A stretch of 64,000 bases of DNA, from assembly GCA_012295275.1 (NCBI GenBank), contig CM022665.1, positions 27,342,001 through 27,406,000 on the forward strand, read 5' to 3'. The position numbers were made by a program, and so were the translations under genes. The notes under the pieces were generated by a model that was given only the letters and a program-made list of their open reading frames with translations, was not told the origin of the DNA and did not search any database. Within the stretch, counting starts at the first letter, position 1; each line of letters begins with the position of its first letter. Of the stretch, positions 51,609 to 64,000 are shown piece by piece. The DNA comes from Chrysomallon squamiferum (lineage: Eukaryota > Animalia > Mollusca).

Positions 51609-54544
51609 GTAAGTGGAATGTGCAAATGATATTTTGACACAGTGAGACATGCAAAAAGGTTGCATCTGTTGGTTATTACAATGGTACAAAGTAACATTGA
51701 TGGATTATGAAATGAATACCTTGTAACAATGAGAAATTCATAGATAATGACATTGAATCACTGTAAGAAGGATACATCAGATGATTATGACACAAGTACA
51801 TTTGTATCAAAATACATTCACATCTGACATTCATACACCATAAACCATAACAGTGATATGTTGATAGATTACAACACTGATGCATCACAACATGGCTATA
51901 TTAACAAAGCCTAATTTTTTTAATACTTAAGTAAAGTATATAGGGGCACTACTAACATACAAGAAATAAAAGTAACTTGTAATAAATAGAGGTTTATTTT
52001 GATTAAACTGTTAACAAAGACATGTCATAAAGATGTGTTTCATTAGCTGCATTATTTGATCTTCCAGTAATCATAAGCAGATTTATGCGCCCTCACACAT
52101 ACCATCCCTGTTTGTTGCCAGTTGAGTTTTTCTTTACAATGAAACTTATTTTTCATAAAAAGTTACATTACCTTACAATTAGTATTACAAAATTCTGCAT
52201 TCACCTCTTTCATTGACATTCTTATGCTGTATGTAGATTATTTAAAGAAAGTGTATTACAAAAGCAAAACCAACAACAACTGCTACTATTACCACCACTG
52301 CTTTTTTTATTTGTTATTATTTGTTTTTCTATATTCTAAATTTAAAACTTTTTTTTTTTAAAAATACAATCATTGCTTACATACATAGCTTACATACATT
52401 CAGCTCTATTTATGAAAAAAAAAAACAAACAAATTTAAACAAATTTTATTTTTTTTATTTTTTTTTTATTTATTCTTACTGATAATTTTAAATCGCTGTC
52501 ATAGATATGGTTTAGAAGGTGCCAAGACGTAATTACAGTAAAGACTCTTGCACATAAAAGTGTTTGTATTTCGCCTAGTGACTGATGGATAACGCCGGGA
52601 CCTCCTGTCTTGGGTTCATCAAACACAGACAAGTTAATGAGCTGGAAAATTAGACTCAAACTTGACAATGTCTGTGATGTGAGCACAGGCGACTGACAGG
52701 TTCATCAGTGAAACAGATACTTGTAAAACATGTAATAAGAATGGTATGACACGGGATGGGTGTTGCTGTTTAAGATTTAATCTATGTTCCAGTTGAAATG
52801 TGAACTGGATTACTGTTAATTTGTCTGTGGTTGTACGTGTTAAAGATTAAACGGTCCCGTGTTTGCAGATATGAATTAAACTCTTATTAAATGTGGCTCA
52901 GGTGAGTGTGTGTTACAAATATGAATCAAAACTGTTAAATGTAGATTTTAAAACCAAGAACACATGTACAGCACATGTGAATTAAATTATGTAAAATGCA
53001 GTTAATACGGTAAGAAATACTATGTTTTACAAGTACATGTTAGATATGATTGAAAACAGTTAAATAATTTTTTTTTAAATTAAACACATATATTACACAT
53101 GTGAATTACATTATATTAAATATACTCAGTATGTAAATATTTATATAAACATATCACTGAATATGAAGACAGAATAAGTTAGAAAAAAAAGAATTTTGTG
53201 AAACAAAAAAATAAGGATTTTACTCTCAGTCTGTACATTCAATCTTTTTCTTTTTCCTTTTAATGAAAACACTGATATCCAGTATCCAGTAATCACGAGG
53301 ATTTAATATCAAAATATTTACCATTTGTTATTAAAAAAAAAAAAAAAAAAAAAGGCCTTAATAAATCTTATTTAAAAAATGCTAGTGTTGCTTAAAAAGT
53401 AAATAATTTGATTACAGTAAGGATAATTAGCAGTTTTCTGAAAAAATAATATGCAAATTGTTAATTTAAAAATAACAAAAGAACAGTAATAAAGTTAAAC
53501 TTTTTTTAAAGATGATAAATATTGCATGCATTTAAATTGTTAATTTAAGAACAAAATCCGAGAAAAAACTTAATAGAAATGTATTTTATTTTCAAGATGT
53601 TAGAAAGCTGGTTGTTTTGATTTATGGACATTTTCTTTTAAATCTAATTCCAGTGAAACAGTGTCACCCCAACTTTGTTCTCCAGATAAAAAAAAATAAT
53701 AATAATAAAAAAATCTTCAAAACTGCAGAAAATGTCACCATCTTGACTTCCTCTCTGATTTGTGAAGTGACAGAAATCTGATTAGAAACCTGATTACTAA
53801 ATTACATTTTTCTAAAAGAAAAAAAAAAAAATCTTTTCCCTCTTTCTCACTGGAATAAAAAAAACAATAATAATAAAAAAATTAAAAATTGAAAATAAAA
53901 CGACACTTATTTTCTCATATCTGAGAGCGATCATATTTTTCATAACAAATCACAATTATGAGATAACTGGGTCTTCCATGGATTAAATGTTCATAACTTG
54001 TGCATTGAGCTCCTAATTAGGTGAACAATAGACTCAAGCCTTGGCCAGCTGTTTCAGGGAGATTCTCTATTCAAGTTATTATATGTTCTCAGTTTGGGAA
54101 AGCTTTTAAGTCGATTCCAATCCAACAAAGTCTTTGTTAACTATCCTTTTTTTTTTTTTTTTTTTTTTTGCCTTGCTTGTGGGCATTTCTAGATTATCTC
54201 AGTGGTAGTATGAATCAAACAAACATTCGGAGTTCTTTGAGAATTTAAAAAAAATATATCAGATTTTTTGTAACATTAAGGATATCAATTTTATTTTGTT
54301 GTTCTTTGTAATATTGTCATGGTGGGAGATTTCTTTTTTTGTTTTTTTTTAATGATACGCCATTGAAATGTGTTATTAACCATGAAGAACATATAATTTG
54401 GAAGGACCTTTATGATTGAATTTAGAAAAAGAGAAAAAAAAAAAAACTGTATCAGACAAAAATCAATTGACTAATGTATTCCATTTGCTTTCCTATAATA
54501 GCAAATATTAGATCTTTATTTTATTTTATTAATAACATTATTAT

Positions 54545-54579
<35 letters not shown>

Positions 54580-55439
54580 CAAAGAAAAGGAACAATAATT
54601 ATACACATTAATATTTTTTTTAAATTTCCATAATAAGTCTTCAAAAGCCATTTATAAACTATGTAATTTTATCTGGCTACTTCACATCTTTATTAAAGCA
54701 AATAGTGTTTTATTAAAATGAAAATAAAATATGTCTGTAAGATGACATCACTTAATAACTTGAACATTCATTTCATTTGATTACCTTAAAACAGTGCCAG
54801 TCTAAGTTACTCAGTATTCTAAATATCTGTAGGAAGCAATTTGAAACAGCTGCACCTATATACTGGAATTTTACCAAAAATATATGTTTATGGGTAACAT
54901 TAATTATAATAATATAATAATAAAAACTGTCTCATTATTATTAATTACATTGTAACCATTCTTCTTCCAACTTTTTTCTTTTAAAAAATGTGGGGTTTTT
55001 TCCCCCCATCTTATAACACAATGAAACTGATCTTGAAACACAAAGAAGTCCTTTTTGTTGTCTAAACAAACAAAAATCTTTGGCATGTTGGCCAAAGGCA
55101 GAAATGTTAGAACATCCCATTGTGGGCTGTAATCTAATATTTCATAGAAAATTAGCTTTTTGAAATTGCAATATCCTGATAGAGAATGGGGCATGCTGGA
55201 TCCCCTGGAGTTCATTTCACCAAAAACAATACAGCAGATTCATGACATAAACCAATAACAATGTACACCCCAAATTTTCAGTCATTCCCAAAGGCAAGAA
55301 AATAATGTGTTCTGTCCTGATATCAACATTAGATCTGTGTAAGTAAAATTAATTTTCAACATCCTGATCTTTCATAAAAAATATAAAAAATGGTCCTATT
55401 GTTTTAGACTATCATCATTTTGATACTGAATAGTATAAA

Positions 55440-56225
55440 CTAAAACTCTTACAGTTTTCATTTAATTTTAATTTCAAACTGTTGACAGTGCAATAATATT
55501 GAACTAGTCAAACATAGGACACTTTAGCTTTTATTTAATTTAATTTGTTTGTTTTTATTAAAACATAGCAATCAAACCATTGAAGTGTATGAAGAAGATT
55601 TTTTTTTTTAATTTCATTTTATTTATGATTTAATTTCAAGCTGTAGTTAGTGTAATACTGAATGAACTCTTCAAACAAAACACATATTTTTAGTCCACTT
55701 TATTATCAGTTTTTTATTAAATCATAATTTCAAACTACTGACAGTGTAAAGTAGAACTTTTCAAATATAACCAAATAGAATTTTTGCTAGATCTTAATTT
55801 CAAATCAGCAACAATGAAATAACTAAACAGTTCAAAAAAATACATTATACTTTTTATATCATTTTATTTGTTTTGATTAAAACTTAATTTCAAATCACTG
55901 ACATTGAAAAATGTAATTCTTCAAACAAAATACATTATTCTTTTTATATCAATTTATTTGTTTTTATTGAATCTTAATTTCAAATTACTGACACTGAAAT
56001 ATTGAATTCTTCAAACAAAACACATTATACTTTTTATATCAGTTTATTTATTTTTATTGGATCTTAATTTCAAATTACTGATGCTGTAATACTGCACTCT
56101 TAAAAACAAAAACAAACAAAAACAAACAAAAAACAACAAAAAAAACCCCAACAAATACACATTATATTTTTATATCATTTTCTTTATCTGTTTTTAATTA
56201 AGCTTAATTTTCAAACTTATGACAT
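55440..56225. repeat. 90-bp tandem repeat with decayed flanking copies
   Basis: cttaatttcaaa at 55793, 55883, 55973 and 56063 (exact 90-bp period), with weaker copies on either side. Confidence 0.9.
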
Positions 56226-57586
56226 TCATATACATTAATAATGCTAAATCATTTTTTTGATAGGAGCTTTAAACATCAGTTTTACCATTCTATTAAATAA
56301 ATTACATTGAACTCTTTGTTCTAAGATAAATAATATACACACCACTGTATTTAGAGAGTTTGTTTTAGACAGAATTACATACCAGTCTTTGGCAATATGA
56401 GATTACACAACTGCTTCAGGACATTAGAACATTTGGCATTTTCAAGCTTTTTTTTTGTAAAGGAATAATTATATTTAACATCCATTAAGTAAATATATGA
56501 TGTACTTAACATTTTATCAGTGCCTTTTATTTCTTTTTTTTTCTACCTTTGTAATAAAATAAAACTCATAAATCTATACAAAAATACTATTTTTTATTTT
56601 ATTTTAAATATATAAACAAGCAACTCTTTTGATCTTTAGAAGTCATATAGTCAACATTTCAATTTGCTGTATAAATATAGTTCTGTATTTATAATCTTTT
56701 ATGTAGCTTTTGGAATTTAACGACGTGTAAAAGTCAGCATAAACCCTTTGGGTTAATTCACAAAACATGTTTTGAGAGGGGTTTTTTATTTTTATTACAA
56801 GCCAGTCTTATCTTCGTAACACATTAACAAACATTTTCTGCTTTACTTTTAACACCTAAAACTCACACAAGATTCACTTCATCTTATCAAACCTTCTCGT
56901 TACATGAATGACAGAAATATTCACTAACTGCTTGATGTCTGAGTTTGATGATATTTTTATGTCAGTGTTCGCATGTTGTGATGAGTGGCAGGAGGAGGCT
57001 AGCCATCTCATTTTTTGAATGTCAGGTCTAGGAACCAACAGAGATTATGTAACCAATCTTAGCATGGCTTTCTGACTAGTGCCTGATAACAGGCATAGAC
57101 TGCCTGCCTCACTTCCTATCTGCAGTGGTTATGTCAGTGGTGAAAAAAAGACACCCATCTAATGTGTTATAGATGGTCTTTTCCCTTCCTATCAGTTCCG
57201 GCTGGTGTTGATGTATTTATAACTCTTGCCTCACTGTGTAGTTTTTGTCTTTGTATGTGTTATTGTGCTGCAGATTAATTCCGAAGCTTAACTGTTCAAT
57301 GAAATTTTTTTTTTATTAATATTCTGTGTATTATATTTAAAGTACAAAAATAGCAAGCAAATGAAGCAGGTTCCTTCAATCTGAATTGTTTAAGAACTTT
57401 TACAATTTTGCTAGTAAGTTATCTCTTAATGTTAATTAAAACTATTTACATGTAAGAGTCAGATATGACATACCAGAACATGCACATACATTTACCTGTG
57501 TTATAAAATAACTTTTATATCCTTTACAAAATATAGATTCTTATACATTGACCATCTTATGAAATGTGGATTCTATTTAATCTTGA

Positions 57587-57775
<189 letters not shown>

Positions 57776-58447
57776 TAAAATAATGATTAGAATGGGTGAA
57801 AAGAGTTTTACAAAAGAACACAGCTAATTCAAAAGTCATACAAGGAATAAATATACTTTATTTATAATAAAGATAATAAAAAAAAAAAAAATTAAATTCT
57901 TCTGTTCTAATCATTATTTTATTTTTGGTTTGCACGTTGTTAAAACTTACTATTTTTGACCCTTGAAAAGAAAAAAGAAAAAAAAAAATCATGTTGTTTA
58001 TTTTGGCTGTGTAACAATAAACAAAAAACATGATCCATTCACAGTATACAACACACTTAACTTGCCTGCAGACTGAATTCTTAAGAAGCACCTGTCAGCA
58101 GGCAAAAAGGCAGTACTGGTAGAATGAGGTAATGCTGGTTATGTTAGGTAACTCTGTTTACGAGAGGTAACTCTGGTTACTCACAGTAATGGGAGCCTGT
58201 AGGCAGACTTAGCTGTTGTTTATTTCTCACTGTGATAAACACTCTTACCTCTAAGTTTTCTGCTTGCTGATACCTATCTAAAAACTCCAGATGAGATAGC
58301 TCATGTGTAAACAGAAATATCCATTGGCTGAAAGAAAGGTATAACAGGGTGGAAGGCATATTATAGTCAAAGGATATATATGTTGTGTATTATTTTATAT
58401 TATTAAAAATGGTGGGGTATAAGACTATAGTGTTGTCACTGATACAT

Positions 58448-58449
<2 letters not shown>

Positions 58450-58506
<57 letters not shown>
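58450..58506. repeat. Perfect (CA)n microsatellite
   Basis: Directly visible. Confidence 0.98.
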
Positions 58507-58508
<2 letters not shown>

Positions 58509-61500
58509 GTACAATCAGTATCTGAAATCTTTTATTTTGCTAGTACATTTCAGAGAAGACTACTAAAACAGGAATGTTTTGTCTCACTCTAATGACTGCC
58601 TGCATACCAACAACTAAACTTCTTATTGTTGTTTACATACCTGCAGCATTACACATCACTCCACACACTTTAAATTAAGAACTCTCATTTTTTAACACAC
58701 AGTAGACTAACAAAGATATCTTACAAAAGAGAAACATCAGCTTCCTATGAAATAGCTTGTTAATTAGGTATTTGTGTAAAAAAAAATGTTTTCTTTTGTT
58801 CTATATAATCTTTCTTTTTTTTTTCTTTTCTTTCTTGGAGCAAAATATGTTATTTAAAAAAAAAAAAAAAAAATAAAAGTTTGAAGTCTCTACAGGGTTT
58901 TGTTTGTTTAAAATATATTTTAAGAACTGTGGATAGAATGATCTATGTAAATAAGTTTTGTTTTTATGTTTTTTTTAAATTGTTTTTGGGGGAGGTTAAA
59001 AAATAAAAATGAGAATCTTAAAGCATTCATTTAATGTGAAATATCTCTCTTTCAACTGGCTAATTCTTTACATTTTAAACAAACTGATAAGTTTGAAAGT
59101 GACAGATTAAAGGCTTTAAATATGATTTTGGGTATTATTTGTAGATAAATAAATATTAGGATTGGATCAGGAAACAAGTTATTTCCCGAGTTCTTTAGAA
59201 AGAAGGCAATATCTGTTTATAACATACATTTGCAATGGTGGCATTATTTTTATTAAAACTTAATCACTTTATTGCTTTTATTTTCTATTTATTTGCACTC
59301 TTTCAGGTTATTTTTCTGTTCCAATTTTTCCTTTTACCTGTTTCTTTTTATCCCATTCTTTTGCTCTTCCTATTCCACTACCCACACCCTCTGTCTGACT
59401 TTCTGTTTTTATATCTGTCTCTGTCTTTCCCTTTTTTTTCTCTCTCTCCATCCATCTTCTTTTCTTTCTTTCCATCCTCTCCACATGCATCACTATCCTT
59501 CACTTTCATCCAAGAACCAACATCTCTGACAGCATGCTGATTGAGCAAGATACTGTTAAAAGTGTATTTTTTCTCTCCTTAACTTGTCAGTTTAATTCAG
59601 TTTTTAAAAAATAGACAAAAACAAAACATTAAAAAAAAATTAAAAAAATTAAAGTCAGTGTAAGACAAAAAAAAAAAAAAGAAAAAAAAAAGAAACCAGC
59701 ATAACAAAAAAATCTAAAATCGGTGTAAGACTGCACACTGACAAAAGAAATAGAAACCTGACTAGACTCGTCATGGTGGAGCCAAAGTGAAGGCTAGGAA
59801 AACAGGAGCATGTCACTGCACAGTGAAATATGTCTCTCCAGAGAACTGCAGTCTGTATCATCTCCAGTCACAGATTTCTATCTAGTCAGTCAATGACTCT
59901 GTCCGTTTAATTTCTTGACAGGGTTTCAACACACATCAGCTGCCTCTAGCACCACAGGAGAGCAAAGCTGAGAAGTAAAATCAGTGGCAGGCCAGAAAGA
60001 GATACAGTGTCTTTATGTCCTGTTAAATAAGACAGTTGTAAAGTTTATTGTCTTAAAATTAGTTCAGTAGATAGTAATCTAACTACAGAACTTAAGATAT
60101 TGGTGAGTTCTCAACAGGCTGAAATTGTTTTGTAGTGATTTTTTTTTTTTTTTTTTTTTTATAAGAAGAAAAAGAATAATAATTTAAAAAGACATTGACA
60201 TAAGAACCCCCAGTAACAAAAATAAAACACCATGACTAAAGTTTTAGCAACATTATTACAACAGAAGCATCTGCAATATGACCCACTACAGCCTCCACAC
60301 AACACCAGTGTTAAGCACTATATCATTCTGTAAACAATACCAACAGGTTGAATTTTCTTTAGCTGTGAAAAACTTGTTTCATAAAGATAAGGACATAAGA
60401 AATACAGTCTTGTTTAATATTCTTGCTCTAAAATATCTGTGAATATCTGATAATATTAAGTATGGTGATCTAGATATGGTCAGATATTGGATTTAATGTA
60501 ACTGAACTAAAGTCAAACCAAGTTTTCTCAGTTATTCATTTTAGTTAAGAGAGCAGTCTATACAAGAGGGAATTGGTATGTTAGATAAAACAAAATTGCA
60601 GGCTTTGGTTTAACATCTCCCCACTGAGCTTGGCCAATTGCTTTTCTCAAATGCAGCTGTCCCATGGACATCAGCAATAGAACTGAAGCTAATTGCATGC
60701 ATAGTTAATGCAGGAGCTTTTGTAAAAGCATATTGAAACAAAAATGAAAATAAAAATTCATTTATAATGCCAGTAAAAGAATATAGTTCAATTACTACTG
60801 TTTAAATCTATGATAGATAGCAGACTGCAGTTATTTTGTCATTTACAGACATCTGCAAATGCTACAAGACAGTAATGGTTATGTCCAGCAAGATGTTTCA
60901 CAATAATATATGTCACTTTCTGTTTATATCATAATTCATTGTATTAACTGTACATTAATGTCTGCATTCTCTTCATATCACAATTCATTATATTAACTGT
61001 ACATTTTTTCGTGTCTTGTTAAAAGAGTTTTGTGGAACTGGACTACTAAATGCATTCCTGGAAAGGAGGTCTGCATGAAGATTAAATCTAACATACATTC
61101 CACAACAGCAACCAACAACAGATCTTAAACATGTTTTTGTCTTGGTCCTTGTCAGAGTTCTTCAGAAAGTATGGGATGGGTTAAAACACATTTTCTAGCA
61201 GGAGAAGTCAGAGCTAAAAGTTTTAAATATGTCTGCAGTTTGCTGTAGACTTGATATAAGCTTTCCTGTATATGCATATAAAAAAATCTCATTGCTGATT
61301 GTTAAGAATGATTAATTTCAAAAATAGGTTGTTTTGACACTTAAAAACCATTAACATCAAAATAAGTTTAGATATGTTAATCATTCTTTTGTTTATTCCT
61401 TCCAGTTTTTATCCATATATTCATTAGTTCCATACTTCAGTTACTCATTCTTTCCATTTTTCATTTATTCATTCATATTTGTATTAGAGACTTGATCCAG

Positions 61501-61918
61501 TCAGAAAATTCAGATTCAGAAACTGGTTTTCAGTTACATACTGGAAAATATGATCAAAGTTTATCTGTGTCTTTCAAACAAATTCAAATACCGATGCATT
61601 CTGAATTGACACTGTGATACAAATGGAGCATACATGTTAGTTTAATATTCTGTCAGCCTTTAACACTTCTCAAGGTTAAGCTTTTGACAAGCAGTGGGTT
61701 TTTGGAGAAAAAAAAAAAAAAAAAAAAAAAATCATGTAAATATATTTACATAAAAACCCTATGAGAAGAAATTTCAATTTGAGGGGATGAAAAAAGTATT
61801 TATGTAATATGTTCCCTAAAGGATGACTTCACAATTGTCATTAGATTTTAATAATGATTTTTTTTTCTTTTTCTTGTTCTGTTAATTTTTTTTTTTTTTT
61901 AAACTCTGAATTTGATTG

Positions 61919-61952
<34 letters not shown>

Positions 61953-62674
61953 TTTTTTTACCAGTAGTAATGAAACATTTTCACATGCATGTAAAAGTTA
62001 TTGAACAGCAAGAGTCCTGTAACAGTTTGTAAAAAATAAACCATATTAGTATTTCTTAAAAGGTTAACTGACATCCTTTTTAGGTTAATAAGGATTAAAT
62101 CAGTCAGAAAGACTAAAGAAAAAAACTTAAATTAATTTCAGATATTTGATCCACTGTGAATGTCACACCACACATTTCTAAGTAATTGGACATTTTTTTT
62201 ACTTTTACTTTTTTACAATTTTATTTAAATTTTGATAAATTACTTTTCTGGTAAATTATATTTCTACATTTTAGTATTTAAATTTCTACTTCTTAGTTTT
62301 ACTATTTAAATATGATTTTATTTCTTCATTTTATGTTTTTTAGCTGTTGCATTTTTTTTTTATGGACTATTTTACTTGAAAAGATATTTCTAATATGGCT
62401 GATGTTTTTTAAAAGTAAAACTGAAATCATGGAGTAATTAAATTTTTTAGAGTTCATTATTACTTTTACTGTTATATTCTTGTCACTAATCAGATATTAA
62501 TATTCTTCAACATGTACAATGATTGATTATCTAACATGTAGTATTGTGAGTTTTTCTTGTTTTAATATTGGTCAAATTAATGATTTTTAAAAAATAAATA
62601 ATATTCTGTAATATGTAGTAGTATTACTGATTTTGATAACAGTTTTTAATGTCAAACAAATAATACTGTAGATT

Positions 62675-63020
62675 TTTAACATGTGAAGTTTTGATTTTCT
62701 AACATAATTTAAGTTTAACATGAAAATTAAAGATACATTAATTAAAGCTTCTGATTCTAATCACTTAAAGTTACTGATTCTAACCATGTAAAGTTTATTG
62801 ATTTTAACCATGTAAAATTATTGATTTTTGATTGTAAAATATGTTAAGTGGCTAAGTTTAACGTGTAAAATTATTGAGTGTGTAATGTAAAGTTACTGAT
62901 TCTTTAACATGTAAAATTATAGATTCTATATCATGAAGTCACAGATTATCTATTATATAGATATAGATTCAATAAGTTTAGTATGTAAAGCTATGTAAAA
63001 GTATTACAACATAACAATAT
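62675..63020. repeat. Degenerate minisatellite of about 24 bp (aacatgtaaagttactgattct)
   Basis: Recurring aacatgtaaa..ttattgatt units. Confidence 0.8.
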
Positions 63021-64000
63021 TGATTTAAAAAAAACCCCACAAATACTTTTAGCTAATACTGGAATATTAGGTATTATCTGATTATCATAAAACTGTTAAC
63101 ATGCAGAAACAATAACAGTGAGCTCATTTCAAGCCTATTGCTTTTCACTGGTTTTGTTTCGGATTTATTTCACTAAACATTAAGAAAAAAGGATATAGGA
63201 TTATTTTTATCTACCATTGATCACACTGCAAAATGCCCCAATCCTATGCTTAAGGCGAATTCAATTTTAAACTTAATGAATGCCTGTGAAATGATAACGA
63301 TACGGGTTGTGGTTGTATGATGGAGGACAGATAACATGCTGAAAAAGCCTGACAAAACGTGACAGGCAAATTTGGAGCTGACAATGGCCGATGTAGCTTG
63401 ATCAAAGTGATTTGCTGGGGTTATTAGCACCATTGCCTCATCGGGTGACATCAGTACAATACAGCTTAATCCATCCCTGAATTAGAAAACGATGCAGAAA
63501 ACAGATTTTTAAAATCTCTTCTTTTTTTTTTTTTTTTTTTTATATCTCTTCTTTTTACCATTGACAGTTGCATAGAATCTTGATTTGTCATGTAATCCTT
63601 GTGTAATGCTTTCAGATATTCAAAGAAAGAGAAATAAAAAGTGTTAATGTTATTGGCATTTAAAATAAAATAAATAATCTAATACCAGCTTCAGTTTTAA
63701 ATAAATGTTCTTCAGATATTCACTGAGAAAAAAAAAAAAAAAAATAAAAATAAAAGAAACAGGCATTTTAGATAATAAAACAAATTCTTGTTTACTTCAG
63801 TATTAATAAATGTTTTATTAAATAAATATCTTGTCTCAATTTGAATGATCTGTAACGTTTTGACATTTTCAGTAAAACTATTCTTGCATTTTCGTATTAA
63901 ATAAAAAACCTGTTTAGTAGCCCAGCAGTTTATTGAACAATTTAGATATACCTATTCAATTTTAATGTGAAATTTGACTGCAGTCACGGAGGCAAGATCT

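Noticed and set aside
60089-60108. Possible 14-nt microexon (cag|aacttaagatattg|gtgagt)
   Set aside because: No polypyrimidine tract and not frame-preserving.

Overview
Very AT-rich eukaryotic (invertebrate, most likely molluscan) genomic DNA lying entirely inside one large + strand gene, a TRIM9/TRIM67-family (class I TRIM) E3 ubiquitin ligase. Five exons splice in frame with canonical GT-AG sites: 4637-4732, 16297-16530, 35688-35844, 51469-51608 and 57608-57746 (766 nt in total). They encode the coiled-coil, COS box and FN3 domain; the RING/B-box exons (upstream) and SPRY exons (downstream) are outside the window. The best new signal is a frame-preserving 12-nt microexon (46123-46134, adding DGII between the COS box and FN3) in a neural-type splicing context. 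Other candidates are a ratchet-point or 8-nt stop-codon microexon at 42371-42384, and two CpG-retaining intronic islands (about 50.1-50.7 kb and 52.5-52.9 kb) that each carry a consensus splice donor. The introns otherwise contain old tRNA-derived SINE fragments, many micro- and minisatellites, and recurring 0.3-0.6 kb higher-complexity blocks rich in TGACA/TGTCA. Almost all ORFs in the supplied track are spurious. There are no prokaryotic features, CRISPR arrays, rRNA or intact tRNA genes. Family assignments rest on recalled sequences, not on database searches.
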